Below, piece by piece: positions 13,890-25,967 of a stretch of 64,000 nucleotides of DNA. Position 1 is the stretch's first letter. Each line of letters begins with the position of its first letter. Source of the stretch: Octopus sinensis (Eukaryota); the NCBI RefSeq assembly GCF_006345805.1, contig NC_043012.1, positions 51,894,001 to 51,958,000 of the forward strand, read 5' to 3'. The notes under the pieces are model-generated. The model was given only the letters and a program-made list of their open reading frames with translations, searched no databases and was not told the DNA's origin. Both the position numbers and the translations under genes were made by a program.

Positions 13890-14400
13890 AGCGTTCTCCC
13901 CTTAAAACCTTTCACGTAGCAATTACATAGACGAAGACTCTTCGGAAATCCACTCCACAGCTTAAGCTACATGTGTTGTCCAGGTAGTTGATAGTAGTAG
14001 ACGTTCATACCATAACCAGGGCATGACAAGGGTCTACACAGTTTGTTACTTGTATTATTTGTTTCTCCGATGAGACTTTCGCCTTAGTCAGAAGTCTCTT
14101 GAGAATTAGTGGCTTTCTATGGTTCTTGATGATTCGTGTTGTCTCAGTTAATTGATTTGTGTTTTGATGAGTGATAGAACCGGGGGCGGGATATCGTTGA
14201 TGTAGTTTGTGGTGGATCCTAGGATTATGAATATCTTCAAATGGACTAGTTATATTTGTATTTTCGGTTCACCCTTAACATGTTCGTTTCTCTGTGAGGT
14301 ATACATCGCGATTTCTTTTGCTTTAGTTGCGGAGTTATTACATTTTGAGGTATTTCGGTTCTTGAAGGAACATATTGGATTCTACCTATCGTTTCTCTCG
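13890..14400 (-). mobile_element. Penelope-like element relic (RT-to-GIY-YIG linker and start of the endonuclease)
   Basis: IIKNHRKPLILKRLLTKAKVSSEKQIIQVTNC (cf. IIKSKRQPxNLKxLLTxAK..VxKC), then VFVYVIAT*K..GE (cf. IYVITCxGCGExYIG). Truncated at a SINE A head (about 13812-13890). Confidence 0.55.
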
Positions 14401-14819
14401 TCTATACGTATCTGTAACTACTGAACATGTGTGTCTTTGCATATTCAATAATATTATCGTTTTGCATGTTACATCTGAAATTTATTAAACGGTGACAACT
14501 CCTATATTTCACTACGAAAAGCAAGCCAACCACAATAACGATGGAGAAACAAACGATAAAAAAGCACCAAGCAAAAGAAAACCTACCATGAAGAAACGAA
14601 AGCTTCAAGAGAGAAAAGGTTTGTCTTAGAAATACAGCTCTCCCAACAAAACCGACGGAAAACAATAATGGTGCAAAAGTCACGAAAATATTGGATCAAA
14701 TGACCGAAAAGTAATCAACCTTTCAAAGGGAAGCCTGGTAAAAAATGAAACAAAACACGGGAATGTGGATATATGCGCATGCTTATATGTGCATGCACGG
14801 GTATCACTGTGTTTATGTT

Positions 14820-15340
14820 CCGTAAATCCTCGAGTATAATCCTCACTTTTTCCCAAAAATTTAAAGGTCAAAATCCCTAGCACGTACTATATACGAGGTT
14901 AAAAATGAATAATATTTTCTCAGCAATGTCCGAGTCTCTATTTGCAGTCCGGCAATGTTTATTCAGACACATTTTGTGATGTCGTGTGCGAAGATATCTT
15001 AAGCTAAGCTTGAAAGCAATGAAGTCATAAAAGAATCATCCATAACTTGCTGTAAGCAACATTTATTAGAATAAAAGTATTCAGAACACAAAATAATATG
15101 TAACAAAAACGATTTGCAAGCATATTTACATTCCCCTATAACAGTTAAGAATATCACCATTATTGTACTATGCATGTGCGGAAGTGTTTGTTCGACTAGG
15201 TGCTACTGGCTTAATTACGCACGACTCAAGTTAGAGAAGGGGTACGTATTATACACAAGGTTTAGGTCTTTCAGAGTTCAACCTCCTAAAAATCCCCTGC
15301 ATATTATACTCAAGGGCGGATTATACTCAAGGATTTACGG
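14820..15340. mobile_element. Tc2/pogo-type MITE, 521 bp
   Basis: 23-bp TIRs ccgtaaatcctcgagtataatcc (14820-14842) and ggattatactcaaggatttacgg (15318-15340), 1 mismatch. TA at the right flank. Confidence 0.85.
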
Positions 15341-15469
15341 TATAATGCTTATAGTTTACCTACACTAAAATAATAATATCAGATAGTGTGCCCCCTCAAT
15401 TTATGTTTTTAAATTTGTAGATGCATAAAAAAAAATCATAGCAGTTGATGTGCTTCGTGTACACGAAGG

Positions 15470-15518
<49 letters not shown>

Positions 15519-16288
15519 TCGCAAATATAAGTATATTTTCTAAATTTTCGGGCGCATACGCATGACCATAAGTAAGTGAGGTCATGCGTATTCACGCGCG
15601 CGCTTTTGCGCTTTTGCTTCTTTGTGCACGCATGCATGTATATTTTTGCATGTCTTCTTTCGTAACGAGTGCATTCATTTATATGTGTGCTAATACACGT
15701 GAATGTGCAATATCTTACAATTGTTAATTCAGGTTTATTGCTACTTCAATAATGCACTGAAAAATCCCAAATGTAATTTGCATTTACATGTCTGTATATA
15801 TAATGCATTTTATTGTTTCTGGGTTTCATTCTCATTCGGTAACTAAATCGACTGTTTTATTTCTTTACGAATATATTTCTTTATATATTTATCATTGTTG
15901 GTGATCTATTGTTTTCCCTCTACGGATCGTTCATTTTTCATTAATCCACTCTTCCTTCTGATTAATATGGAGCATCGTAAAACACTAAATGTATTTGACT
16001 GTTTCAAAAAGATATTGTAGGGCCATACTCTGTATAACATGCACATATTTGTGGAATTATACTGATTGTATTGTATTTTTTCGACAAATATGAGGAACAT
16101 CCATGAAGCAGTTATACATTACTGGCAATACTCGGTTTACGTACTTAAAGCTGCAGTTATGGATTCATAGAAATATTTCAGGGCATTTAGTCTAACGGAT
16201 TCTATTTCTATGCAATGATCGTCTCTTAGTCCTACTTGCAATGCCAATCCCTTTTACATTCCTTCATTCATTAGGCTTGTATGTATGT

Positions 16289-16336
<48 letters not shown>

Positions 16337-16468
16337 ATGTGTGTGTGTGTGTGTTTGTGTACATGCGTATGCGTGAGCTTGTGTGTGTGTATGAATTTGT
16401 GTGTGAGTGTGTCAATACTTGCGTGAACGAGTACAACACTTGTTTCTGTGGAGGTGTTTCATCTAATG

Positions 16469-16745
16469 TCACCGTGACCGACCAGGCCATCAGATGTTGC
16501 TACACATCGCTGGTCACAATGCGCTTCGCATTGTTTTAGCCTTCAAATGACGCCAACAGAGGAAAGAATAAGAGAAAGTTGTGGCGAAAGAGTACAGCAG
16601 GGATCGCCACCACCCCCTGCGGCGGCGCCTCGTGGAGATGTAGGTGTTTTCGCTCAATAAACACTCACAACGCCCGGTCTGAGAATCGAAACCACGATCC
16701 TACGACCGCGAGTCCGCTGCCCTAACAACTAGGCCATTGCGCCTT
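16469..16745 (-). mobile_element. SINE family C (tRNA-like head)
   Basis: Minus strand ggcgcaaTGGCCTAGTTGttaggg...GGTTTCGATTC (A/B-box-like) followed by a non-tRNA body. Confidence 0.8.
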
Positions 16746-17058
16746 CACTCATCTTATGTAATGCTTTTTTATGCGTTGAGTGTTGTTTAATATTCTCTAT
16801 ATTGTGTTGCTGGCTACGTTTAAATTCCAGCAATTATATATATAATTAATTCCAGCATTCGCATATAACTGAGTCAAGCGTTTGTGTATACAGTTTTCTG
16901 TTTCATGTATCGATAAAAATTTCCTGTTTATTCAAATGTAGAGTTAAATTTGAGGTAGGTTTATTTGTACGGTTAATTTGAAAATGGTCACTGAAAATAT
17001 TTCGTATATCCTTTCCAATTCCTTATATTTTGTATGCCCTTTCTAATTCTTTGTAAAT

Positions 17059-17480
17059 GGACGATATCGTCATCAACGCTTAAGATGCCAACAAGGGGGA
17101 GGAGGTATCATGATTTGGGCAGGTATTATTGGACGCATTATGGTCTTTCGAAGGTGCCTGGCGGTGTTAAAATGACCGTGTATGCTTATATAAACTTTCC
17201 GATTGAAGCAACTTGAACCTTGGTTAAAAATGCAACGGATCACCTTCAAGACAATCATTAGATTTACGCAAGATAATGCGCTCTCGCACTCAGCGAAGAA
17301 AACAAAATACAGATTAACTGCAACAATTAGGCTTCTATGGACCTCGGAAGATGAAGTGGCCTGTCTGCTCCCCAACCTTAAACCCAATAGAAAACTTATT
17401 GACTATTCTAATGAGACAGGTTTTAGATAATGAATGCCAATTTAGGAGCAAGGATGAACTGTGAGATGTAATAGTGAAGC
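17059..17480 (+). pseudogene. Tc1-family transposase fragment
   Basis: QQGGGGIMIWAGII, VPGGVKMT, QDNALSHSAKKT, MKWPVCSP..NPIENL and DEL*DVI across frameshifts. No TIRs found. Confidence 0.85.
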
Positions 17481-17969
17481 ATCTCATATATTAAAATGAA
17501 AGGAGACAAAAAAAGTAGCTTGTTCCAGGGACCAGCGCGTTTACCAAATCATTTCAAACAAAGGCTAATATATCCCTTACAAACTAGTTCACCTGTAATT
17601 TTTGATCGCTTTTTATTAGTTATTTTTATTTCTTCTATGAGTGCATGTGTCCATCTCAGTACGATCATACAATTAATTTGGATCTTCTTGTTTACACGAA
17701 TTTTAATTACACCTCTCTGGAAATTTGAGGCAGGGAAAGTTGACGTAAATTTTGTAAATGGCCGTAGTTTCTGTGTTCTTTTGCAGAACCCAACGCTTTT
17801 TACACATGCATGGAAGCGCATAGAATTGTTGCCAACTATCTTTGAAAATTCCGTTGAATTGTAGCAAGTAGTCTTCAAATGAAATAATAAAAAAATATTT
17901 ACGTCGTTAATATTCGAAACACAGTATACACACACGCACACACACACACACACACCACACACACACACA

Positions 17970-18022
<53 letters not shown>

Positions 18023-18418
18023 CACATACCTACATGCATACATACATATACTATATCTTGTACATTGTAAACGTATGTATTTATTTTCTCAATGCTTCTA
18101 TAACCTTTAGGCTCCACCTTCTCATAAGCTAATATGCAATTAAATGCTTCCTGATGTGCACATTTCCTGTTTCTTAAATTCCCTCTATCCTTTTGTCATA
18201 TCATGTATGAAACCCCCGTTCTCCTACACTTACTTCTCTGTCTTTTCTTTATTGATCAGTTACCATCGATCATTCATTATGTCTATCTTCGTTTGAAGCA
18301 TCTACTTGATCATCTCTTTAGCTTTCTATTTCAGTTTGTCTCTTGTCCTCAGCCTAACTTTCTCTTCCTCGTAATATTTTACGTTATTTTAACACTTTCA
18401 TTGACATTCTTTTTTTTT

Positions 18419-18749
18419 ATTTTACTTGTTTCAGTCATTTGACTGCGGCCATGCTGGAGCACCGTCTTTAGTCGAACAGATCGTCTCCAGGATTTATTCT
18501 TTGTAAGCGTAGTACTTATTCTGTCGTTCTATTTGGCCGAACCGCTAAGTTACGGGGACGTAAATACACCAGAATTTGTTGTCAAGTGATGGTGGGGTGA
18601 TAAACACAGATACACAAATACTTACATACATACATACACATATATACAACGGGCTTCTTTCACTTTCCATCTACCAAATCCACTCGCAAGACCAAATCCA
18701 CTCGTCAGCCCGGGGCTATAGTAGAAGACACTTGCCCAAAGTGCCACGA
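18419..18749 (-). mobile_element. SINE family A, 5'-truncated
   Basis: Reverse complement of the family A body and tail. Confidence 0.9.
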
Positions 18750-19128
18750 TGTTTACTTTTCAAGATTCTTACCATTTTACAATAAATGACGAAGCTCCGT
18801 GAAATTTTTGGCGTTACTTCGGAATCTTCACAACTTACCAAAGACAATAACAAATGGAAAAAAAAAAGAAAACAAAAAAAAATCAATGGTCGTTGCTTGT
18901 AATTCATCACAGCAAGCCTGAGGTATAAATCGAAAGATAAAAGTAACTCGAAGAAAATATTTGACCGAAGAAAGTTCGACTCTTTCACTATATGTTTCTC
19001 TTATAATTGAACATCCATGTTTGAACATTTGCTTTATTATTTACATGTATGTTCAATCGCAAGGAAAAAAAAGAGAAGGAGAGAGAAAGAGAGTGAGAGA
19101 GATAGACAGACAGATAGATAGAGATAAA

Positions 19129-19360
19129 GGCGGTGAACTGCCAGAAACATTAGCACGCTGGGCGAAATGCTTAGCGCTATTTCATCTGCCGTTACGTTCT
19201 AAGTTCAAATTCCGCCGAGGTTGACTTTGCCATTCATGTTTTAGGGATCGATAAACTAAGTACCAGTTATGCACTGGGGTCGATATAATCGACTTAATCC
19301 CTTTGTCTGTCCTTGTTTGTCCTCTCTGTGTGTAGCCCCTTGTTGGCAGTAAAGACATAT
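19129..19360 (+). mobile_element. SINE family B, full length
   Basis: ggcggtgaactgccagaaacattagcacg...gttctaagttcaaattccgccgagg...gcactggggtcgat...gtccttgtttgtcc...agtaaaga. Confidence 0.9.
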
Positions 19361-19531
19361 GATAGACAAAGATACACTCGTAAATGACCGATGTATCATG
19401 TATCGGCCATGAAATACAAAGTTAACTCCCCCCAATGTTCAAAGGATGAATGTAAAGAGCAGAACCAACTATCGTAAACCATTCTGCTAACGCATTACCT
19501 ACGCACACACACGCACTCACCGACACGCAAT

Positions 19532-19573
<42 letters not shown>

Positions 19574-19939
19574 TGCATGTGTGTCCATGTGTGACTGTGT
19601 GTGCATGAATATATGAGTGCGTGTATGTGTTTATGTACGGGCACCTTGTATATTTATAGATGCATATATGCACAAACACAGATGTATATATAGATTCTGT
19701 TGTAATTGTTATGTCGAAAAGCAGGATTAGTTTCTCACGCCTAAAGCATTTGTCCGATTGAAGACATTCAACACCAGGATTCATTGAATCTTAAATATTA
19801 TAATTTCGTCTCAGCCATTAGGTATGGTGACATAACCGGCTTCCTCAAACAAACAAATATACATTGATCCACAAAAGATTATAAGCATAAGTATATACTC
19901 ACATGCATATTTACACATACATATACACACACACACACA

Positions 19940-19985
<46 letters not shown>

Positions 19986-20003
19986 ACACACGCACACACA
20001 CAC

Positions 20004-20072
<69 letters not shown>

Positions 20073-20416
20073 ATACATAGATATAAATATATTTACATAC
20101 ATATACATGTACACATATATATGTATACTTACATGTGTTTGTGTGTGTGTGTGTGTCTAGAAATTTTATTTTACACTGATGTTTCGAAGAAGACCCGATA
20201 TTCACCTCCGCTAATCGAACATGTACTGTTTTTTCTTTGTGAATTTCAGCATCAAATATATATATACATATATATATTTATATATATATATATCATATGA
20301 ATGCATATCGTACATAAAGTTAAGATAATCATATATTCCATCTCATTTTCATATTTCCATAATCTTCTTAATGCTTCGGTCTGAAGCCAAGTTATAAGTC
20401 TTGCAATGACTATGCG

Positions 20417-20462
<46 letters not shown>

Positions 20463-20689
20463 TATATATATATTAATAATAAATATTAGGGAATAAATCC
20501 AAACTGACAGGGAAAAATCAGATTTAGGATTGAATCCAATTTTATAGTAAAATATTATATTATATTAAATTAGAGATAAAACCACTATTAGGGAAATCAT
20601 ACGATGAAAAACTTAAGCCAATACATAAGATTATCTAATTTATATTATTTAAATATATAACAAAATTATTAAGAAAATATAATTAATAT

Positions 20690-20760
20690 AACACTACGAT
20701 CGTTTCATGGCTGTTAATTTCTTTAAATTTTCGAGTTACAGTCATTCATCAGGTGGTTTA
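20690..20760 (-). ncRNA. Type I hammerhead ribozyme (left arm of palindrome)
   Basis: Mirror of the plus-strand motif. CUGAUGA at 20752-20746, GAAA at 20706-20703, GUA at 20697-20695. Confidence 0.8.
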
Positions 20761-20816
20761 AATATTTAACTTGGCGAGGTTTAATCAATTGATTAAACCT
20801 CGCCAAGTTAAATATT

Positions 20817-20888
20817 TAAACCACCTGATGAATGACTGTAACTCGAAAATTTAAAGAAATAACAGCCATGAAACGATCGTAGTGTTTA
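20817..20888 (+). ncRNA. Type I hammerhead ribozyme (right arm of palindrome)
   Basis: Stem I uaaa(c)cac/guguuua. CUGAUGA 20825-20831. Stem II augacugu/acagccau (7 of 8 pairs). GAAA 20870-20873. Stem III AC-GAUC-GU. Cleavage triplet GUA, predicted cut after 20881. Confidence 0.85.
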
Positions 20889-21009
20889 TTAATTATATTT
20901 TCTTAATAATTTTGTTATATATTTAAATAATATAAATTAAATAATCTTATGTATTGGCTTAAGTTTTTCATTGTATGATTTGCCTAATAGTGGTTTTATC
21001 TCTAATTTA

Positions 21010-21049
<40 letters not shown>

Positions 21050-21163
21050 TATATATATACATATATATATATACATACATAGATATATATATACATATAT
21101 ATATATGTATATATATATATATTTACATATATATACATATTATATATATATATATACATATAT

Positions 21164-21220
<57 letters not shown>

Positions 21221-21329
21221 TATATTTACATATATATACATATACATATATATACATATATATACATACATATATATATATATACATATATACATATATA
21301 TATACATACATATATTTATATATATTATA

Positions 21330-22612
21330 TCAGGTCATCCCAAAAGTTCTGTCCGATATTACCTTATTTTAAAATTGAATGAAATTTAATAGCATTTTAG
21401 AATGTCTAATGGAATTAAAAATAATTATTATGCATTTTTGTACATTTAAACTAATTAAATATTGTTTTACAGAATAATAGAATTAAAATTTCTTCGACTA
21501 AAACACTTTCTAACATAGAAGTATCCAAAGAGCATTGAGGCACATAATGTTTCATGACTACAAAAAAGGAAACTCTGCAGCCGAAGCGACTTGAAACATA
21601 CACTCAGTTTATGGGAAAGAATGTTTAAATGTAAGAACTTGCAGAAGATGGTTTACAAAATTCAGAAGTGGAGATTTCAGCCTTGAAGATGAAGATCGAA
21701 CAGAACCTCCAGTTGGGTTTGCTGATAAGCTCCTTGAAGCATTATTTGAAGAAAATTCTGCATTTTCAGTTGAAGAATTGGCAATATAGCTAGTTCAAAC
21801 CATACAACTGTTCATCGTTATCTTCGACAACTTGGAAAGCTTCCTAAACTTGGAAAACGGGTGCCTCATCAATTGTCCGAAAGCAACCGCAAATCCTGAG
21901 TTGACATCTGCTCTTCTCTCCATTCTCGCGTACTCATTTCACCCTTTTGGGTAGACTTGAGATTGGTGACGAAAAATGGATCTTCTATGGAAATGTTAAA
22001 TGTCGTAAACAGTGGCTTGGTAAAAGGGAAAAGTTCAACCAGAACCCAAAATGGAAATTCATGTGAAAAAGAGTCTTCTCTATATCTGGTGGGATTGCAA
22101 AGGAGTATTTCACTTTGAATTGTTATAACCTAATACAACAATCAATGCTCAAGTCTATTGTCAAAAATTAGAGCGTTTGAATCAAGCTTTGAAGAAAAAA
22201 GGACCCACTTTAGTGAATCGAAAAGGAGTGATGTTTCATCATGACAATGCGCGACCCCATACTGCAAAGATCACATCACAGAAGATCGAAGAGCTTGGTT
22301 GGGAGAAAAATTCCTCATTCACCTTATTTTCCCGACCTTGCTCCTTCAGACTACCATTTGTTTCGCAGTTTACAAAATTATTTGGGGGACATAACTTTTG
22401 CAAGCTTAGAGGTGGTCGAAACTGACATTTCAGAGTTCTTCACTTTGATACCAAAACAGTTTTACATTGATGGGATTAAAAAGCTTGTAAATAGATTGAA
22501 GGAAGTCATAGATACTCAGGAAAAAATACATTGATGATTATACTCCAAATATAACATTTGATCACTTGTTTTCTTTATTCAAAATTCTGAGAGAACTTGT
22601 GTGATGACCTGA
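21330..22612 (+). mobile_element. Full-length mariner transposon (1283 bp), non-functional
   Basis: 27-bp TIRs tcaggtcatcccaaaagttctgtccga and tctgagagaacttgtgtgatgacctga (4 mismatches). TA on the left flank. Confidence 0.95.
21515..22534 (+). pseudogene. Mariner DD34D transposase pseudogene
   Basis: RWFTKFRSGDFSLEDEDR, RVPHQL (WVPHEL), GDEKWI, HDNARPH and YFPDLAPSDYHLF. Start ATA, several stops and frameshifts. Confidence 0.95.
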
Positions 22613-22644
22613 TTTATATATATACACACGCACAAACACTCATA

Positions 22645-22722
<78 letters not shown>

Positions 22723-23150
22723 AAACACACATATTAAGTGGCGATTGAAGGAAGGACACTAAATATAATATTTAGAGAATACATTGTTGTTTTGTTACTT
22801 TTGTCTCCTCGAATAAATGTAGTAACATAATGTTGTCCATGTTCAGTCAAACTGAACGCAGATGGCATTGATAAAACCGGAAGTAGGCCGGAAGTAAAAC
22901 GATTCTCTGTCATGACTATGTTATCTGAAGACTTTACATAGGAAATTATATAACACTCTGTCATAGAGAGGAGACGAACGAGATAAGATAGAAAGAAGAC
23001 GTGAAAAGGGGGAGTACAGAAGACAGACATACACATGAGAGATTGGTGGAGTGCCGTCTACGTACATGCATTTATACATTCAAATTTTCCTTCAAAAGCA
23101 AAATGTTTGTTCGAAACTTTCACCGCCCTTCGAAACTTACGATTTCTTAC

Positions 23151-23307
23151 AAATTCACGATGGGAACGGTGAGAAATGCTACTTGTTACAGGGCATGCAA
23201 TTATCCACATGCCTGCCTTCACAATATATTCATTTATTGAACAGCTGGCGTAGATTGGCAAAAATAATGCAATATTTACAAGGACTGAAAAGATAGCGAA
23301 CAGAAAC
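23151..23307 (-). other. Possible internal exon (157 nt) in unique sequence
   Basis: ttttatctttcag acceptor and TTT|GTAAGA donor. One open frame FLFAIFSVLVNIALFLPIYASCSINEYIVKAGMWIIACPVTSSISHRSHREF. No recognisable homology. Confidence 0.2.
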
Positions 23308-23707
23308 CTGAAAGATAAAAATGATGCACAATTTAGAGAAAAAAAGATACTGCAGAAATTTGAAGTATCTACATACATCGTTTTCAACGGAGCTATATTA
23401 TTTTTGCCTCTCTTCTGATATAATCTTTATTTCCGTAAACATACTCCTCTTCATCACCATACTCTTCCTCTACCCCCTCTTCGTCCTCCTCTATCGTTTC
23501 TCGATATACATATGTGTGTGTGTGTGTGAGTGTATGTACTATATATGTATATATCAGTGTGGGCAGATATTTATATATGTAAATATCAATATACATACAT
23601 ATACATACATGCATACATACATACATACATATACAAACAAAAATACACACACATGTGTGTGTGTGGAAAATAGACTTTTGGGGAAATTATTGCATGTATA
23701 TTTAATT

Positions 23708-23739
<32 letters not shown>

Positions 23740-23744
<5 letters not shown>

Positions 23745-23781
23745 TATATAGATAGATAGAAAGATAGATAGATAGATAGAT

Positions 23782-23838
<57 letters not shown>

Positions 23839-23847
23839 TATAGATAG

Positions 23848-23878
<31 letters not shown>

Positions 23879-23882
23879 GATG

Positions 23883-23958
<76 letters not shown>

Positions 23959-23960
23959 TA
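23740..23960. repeat. (GATA)n microsatellite
   Basis: Directly visible. Confidence 0.95.
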
Positions 23961-25929
23961 GGTATATGGAATGATACCTGTATGAGTATGTGTTTATATG
24001 TCTACCTGTATGCATTTCACACACACACACACACAAATACACGCACACAAAGAAACACAAAATACACAAAACAGGCAGACGACATTAGTTTGATATGATA
24101 AAAGTGGTTGTTAACGAGTATGTATTTATATCATATCCACATCGTCCAAATTTCAAATGCTTCAATGGAACGATCGGCTTTGTAACACTCAATGAAGGAA
24201 ATTAAACCTAGAAATGTGTTCCAATTTTTAAGCTGGACATCATTTGGACAGGTGTTTGTGTATACATAACTGATAGCTTAGGAATCCTATTTCCATTATG
24301 AATTTAGCACAGTATTTAATAGCAGGATCGAAGCATGAAGAATCGTCGACAGAGGAGAGATTCAGTAAATAATATGATACTAATGCTGGCATGCTTTCAT
24401 GCAGCTGAAAATATTTAATAAGGTTTTCACATCGGTGATTTTATCACTTGATAGGATTTATAGAAATGATGTCCTTTGCTTCTTCTCCTTCAGTGTCACT
24501 GTTACCAACATAGTTTCTATGTTCAGAAATCATTTTATATATCCTACCAATCGTCTCCAAGTTAATTCTACAACCCAACAGCGGGAGTCATTCCTCTTAA
24601 GATATTCCACAAAAATTTTTGTTTACCGCTTTGCATTCACAAATTTTGAGTGGGTTTGATGTTATGGTAGGTTGTATTTGCCTCAGAAGTGACAACTTGG
24701 TCTACACCTAACATATACATTTGTATCTGTACCCAAGTAAGAGGAAGGTACAGCATTAAATAATCAAAAATGTTAATTACTGTTGTTTTTTTTTTTTCGT
24801 ATTTGTAATATAAAATACAATTAACCATATTACCAGTCTCTCACAATAGAAATTAGTCCCACAGTATGTGAGAGACTCGGTTTGATTGATGATTTCGAAC
24901 CAAATGCTTACGTTCTATTTGAGATGTGATTTCAAATATGATACAACCCACAATCTTGGGCCTTAAGAATAAGTAATTAACTATATATTTTTATGGGGTC
25001 ACATTTTGTCTTGTTTCACATATTTTGCATTTTTACTCCCGTGCTAAGTGCAAAAGTCGCTCCAACATTCTACGGACCATATAAGCTTAGGCAAACTCTG
25101 AGTTTCCAGAAAATATATATACAAGAAGATAATTTGAATCTCTACTGTTACTGCCAATTTATCGTTTCCGACATGAGTGTCATGATCAACGATAGATCAG
25201 AATATTTACTTTGTAAGCAGAAATTGGAAATGATACTACTTTAAAATGTTTGTACGTTTATAGGAATGCCCTGATTGATGTGTTCATAGTGTCTCAGATA
25301 GTTTATACGCACTTAGTGAGTCATAGAGTGAATGAGCAGAATCACGTGCTGTGATCCAGTAGAAGCGATTAGTGTAGTTTTGGATAATACAATATCCTAC
25401 GGATGTCGCATTGAGATTTAGAAAGAAAAGTAAAGCAATTAATCACGAATTATTACAGCAAATGGAGAAAGCTTTATCAATGATAAGGAAATATATTAAA
25501 GAATAACATCAAAGTCGAGAAAAATGATCAAGTATTAAATCACAACAATCGCTCCAAGCGTAGTTGCGCCTCTCTCGCAACTAATTAGCTAATTGCATGG
25601 ACAAATTTGCAACAAAGGGACACATAAGTACGTATTAATTTCCTATTGCCGTTAATGTTTCTTTGTGCCACGTGATGGTGCAATACTGCGGAAAAATTCC
25701 AAGAATAATGTGACCGATAATGATCACTGATGAAAGAATGTGTCCCACAGTGTACGCTTTACAAAATAATGTGGTCTTAGAATATGATATAAATTTCTCA
25801 AGTATTACAAAGCAGTTGTTGATGCTCTCAATCACGTCTTAGAGTTTCCTTAGGTGACGAGCGTTTACTAATGAAACCGAAACGATATTTGACTCGGAGT
25901 TATTTCGACTGATATACTAATAAATATTA

Positions 25930-25967
<38 letters not shown>

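Larger units (their letters stand above)
20556..21019. repeat. 464-bp zero-spacer palindrome (arms 233/231 bp) inside a (TA)n-embedded element of about 20468-21019
   Basis: Centre ...gtttaatcaa|ttgattaaac... between 20788 and 20789. By-eye comparison of the arms: 3 substitutions and 2 single-base indels. Confidence 0.97.

Noticed and set aside
16660-16745. tRNA-like sequences (also at 37730-37800, 45502-45570 and family A/B heads)
   Set aside because: They continue into SINE bodies and lack a complete acceptor stem. They are SINE heads, not tRNA genes.
17496-17900. Overlapping ORFs on both strands (17496-17864 plus, 17549-18043 minus)
   Set aside because: No recognisable motif or strong splice sites. 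The minus ORF starts in a microsatellite.
20170-20255. gtttcg...tttcag pattern resembling a minus-strand hammerhead
   Set aside because: Core reads CUGAAAU, and there is no GUH or convincing stems.
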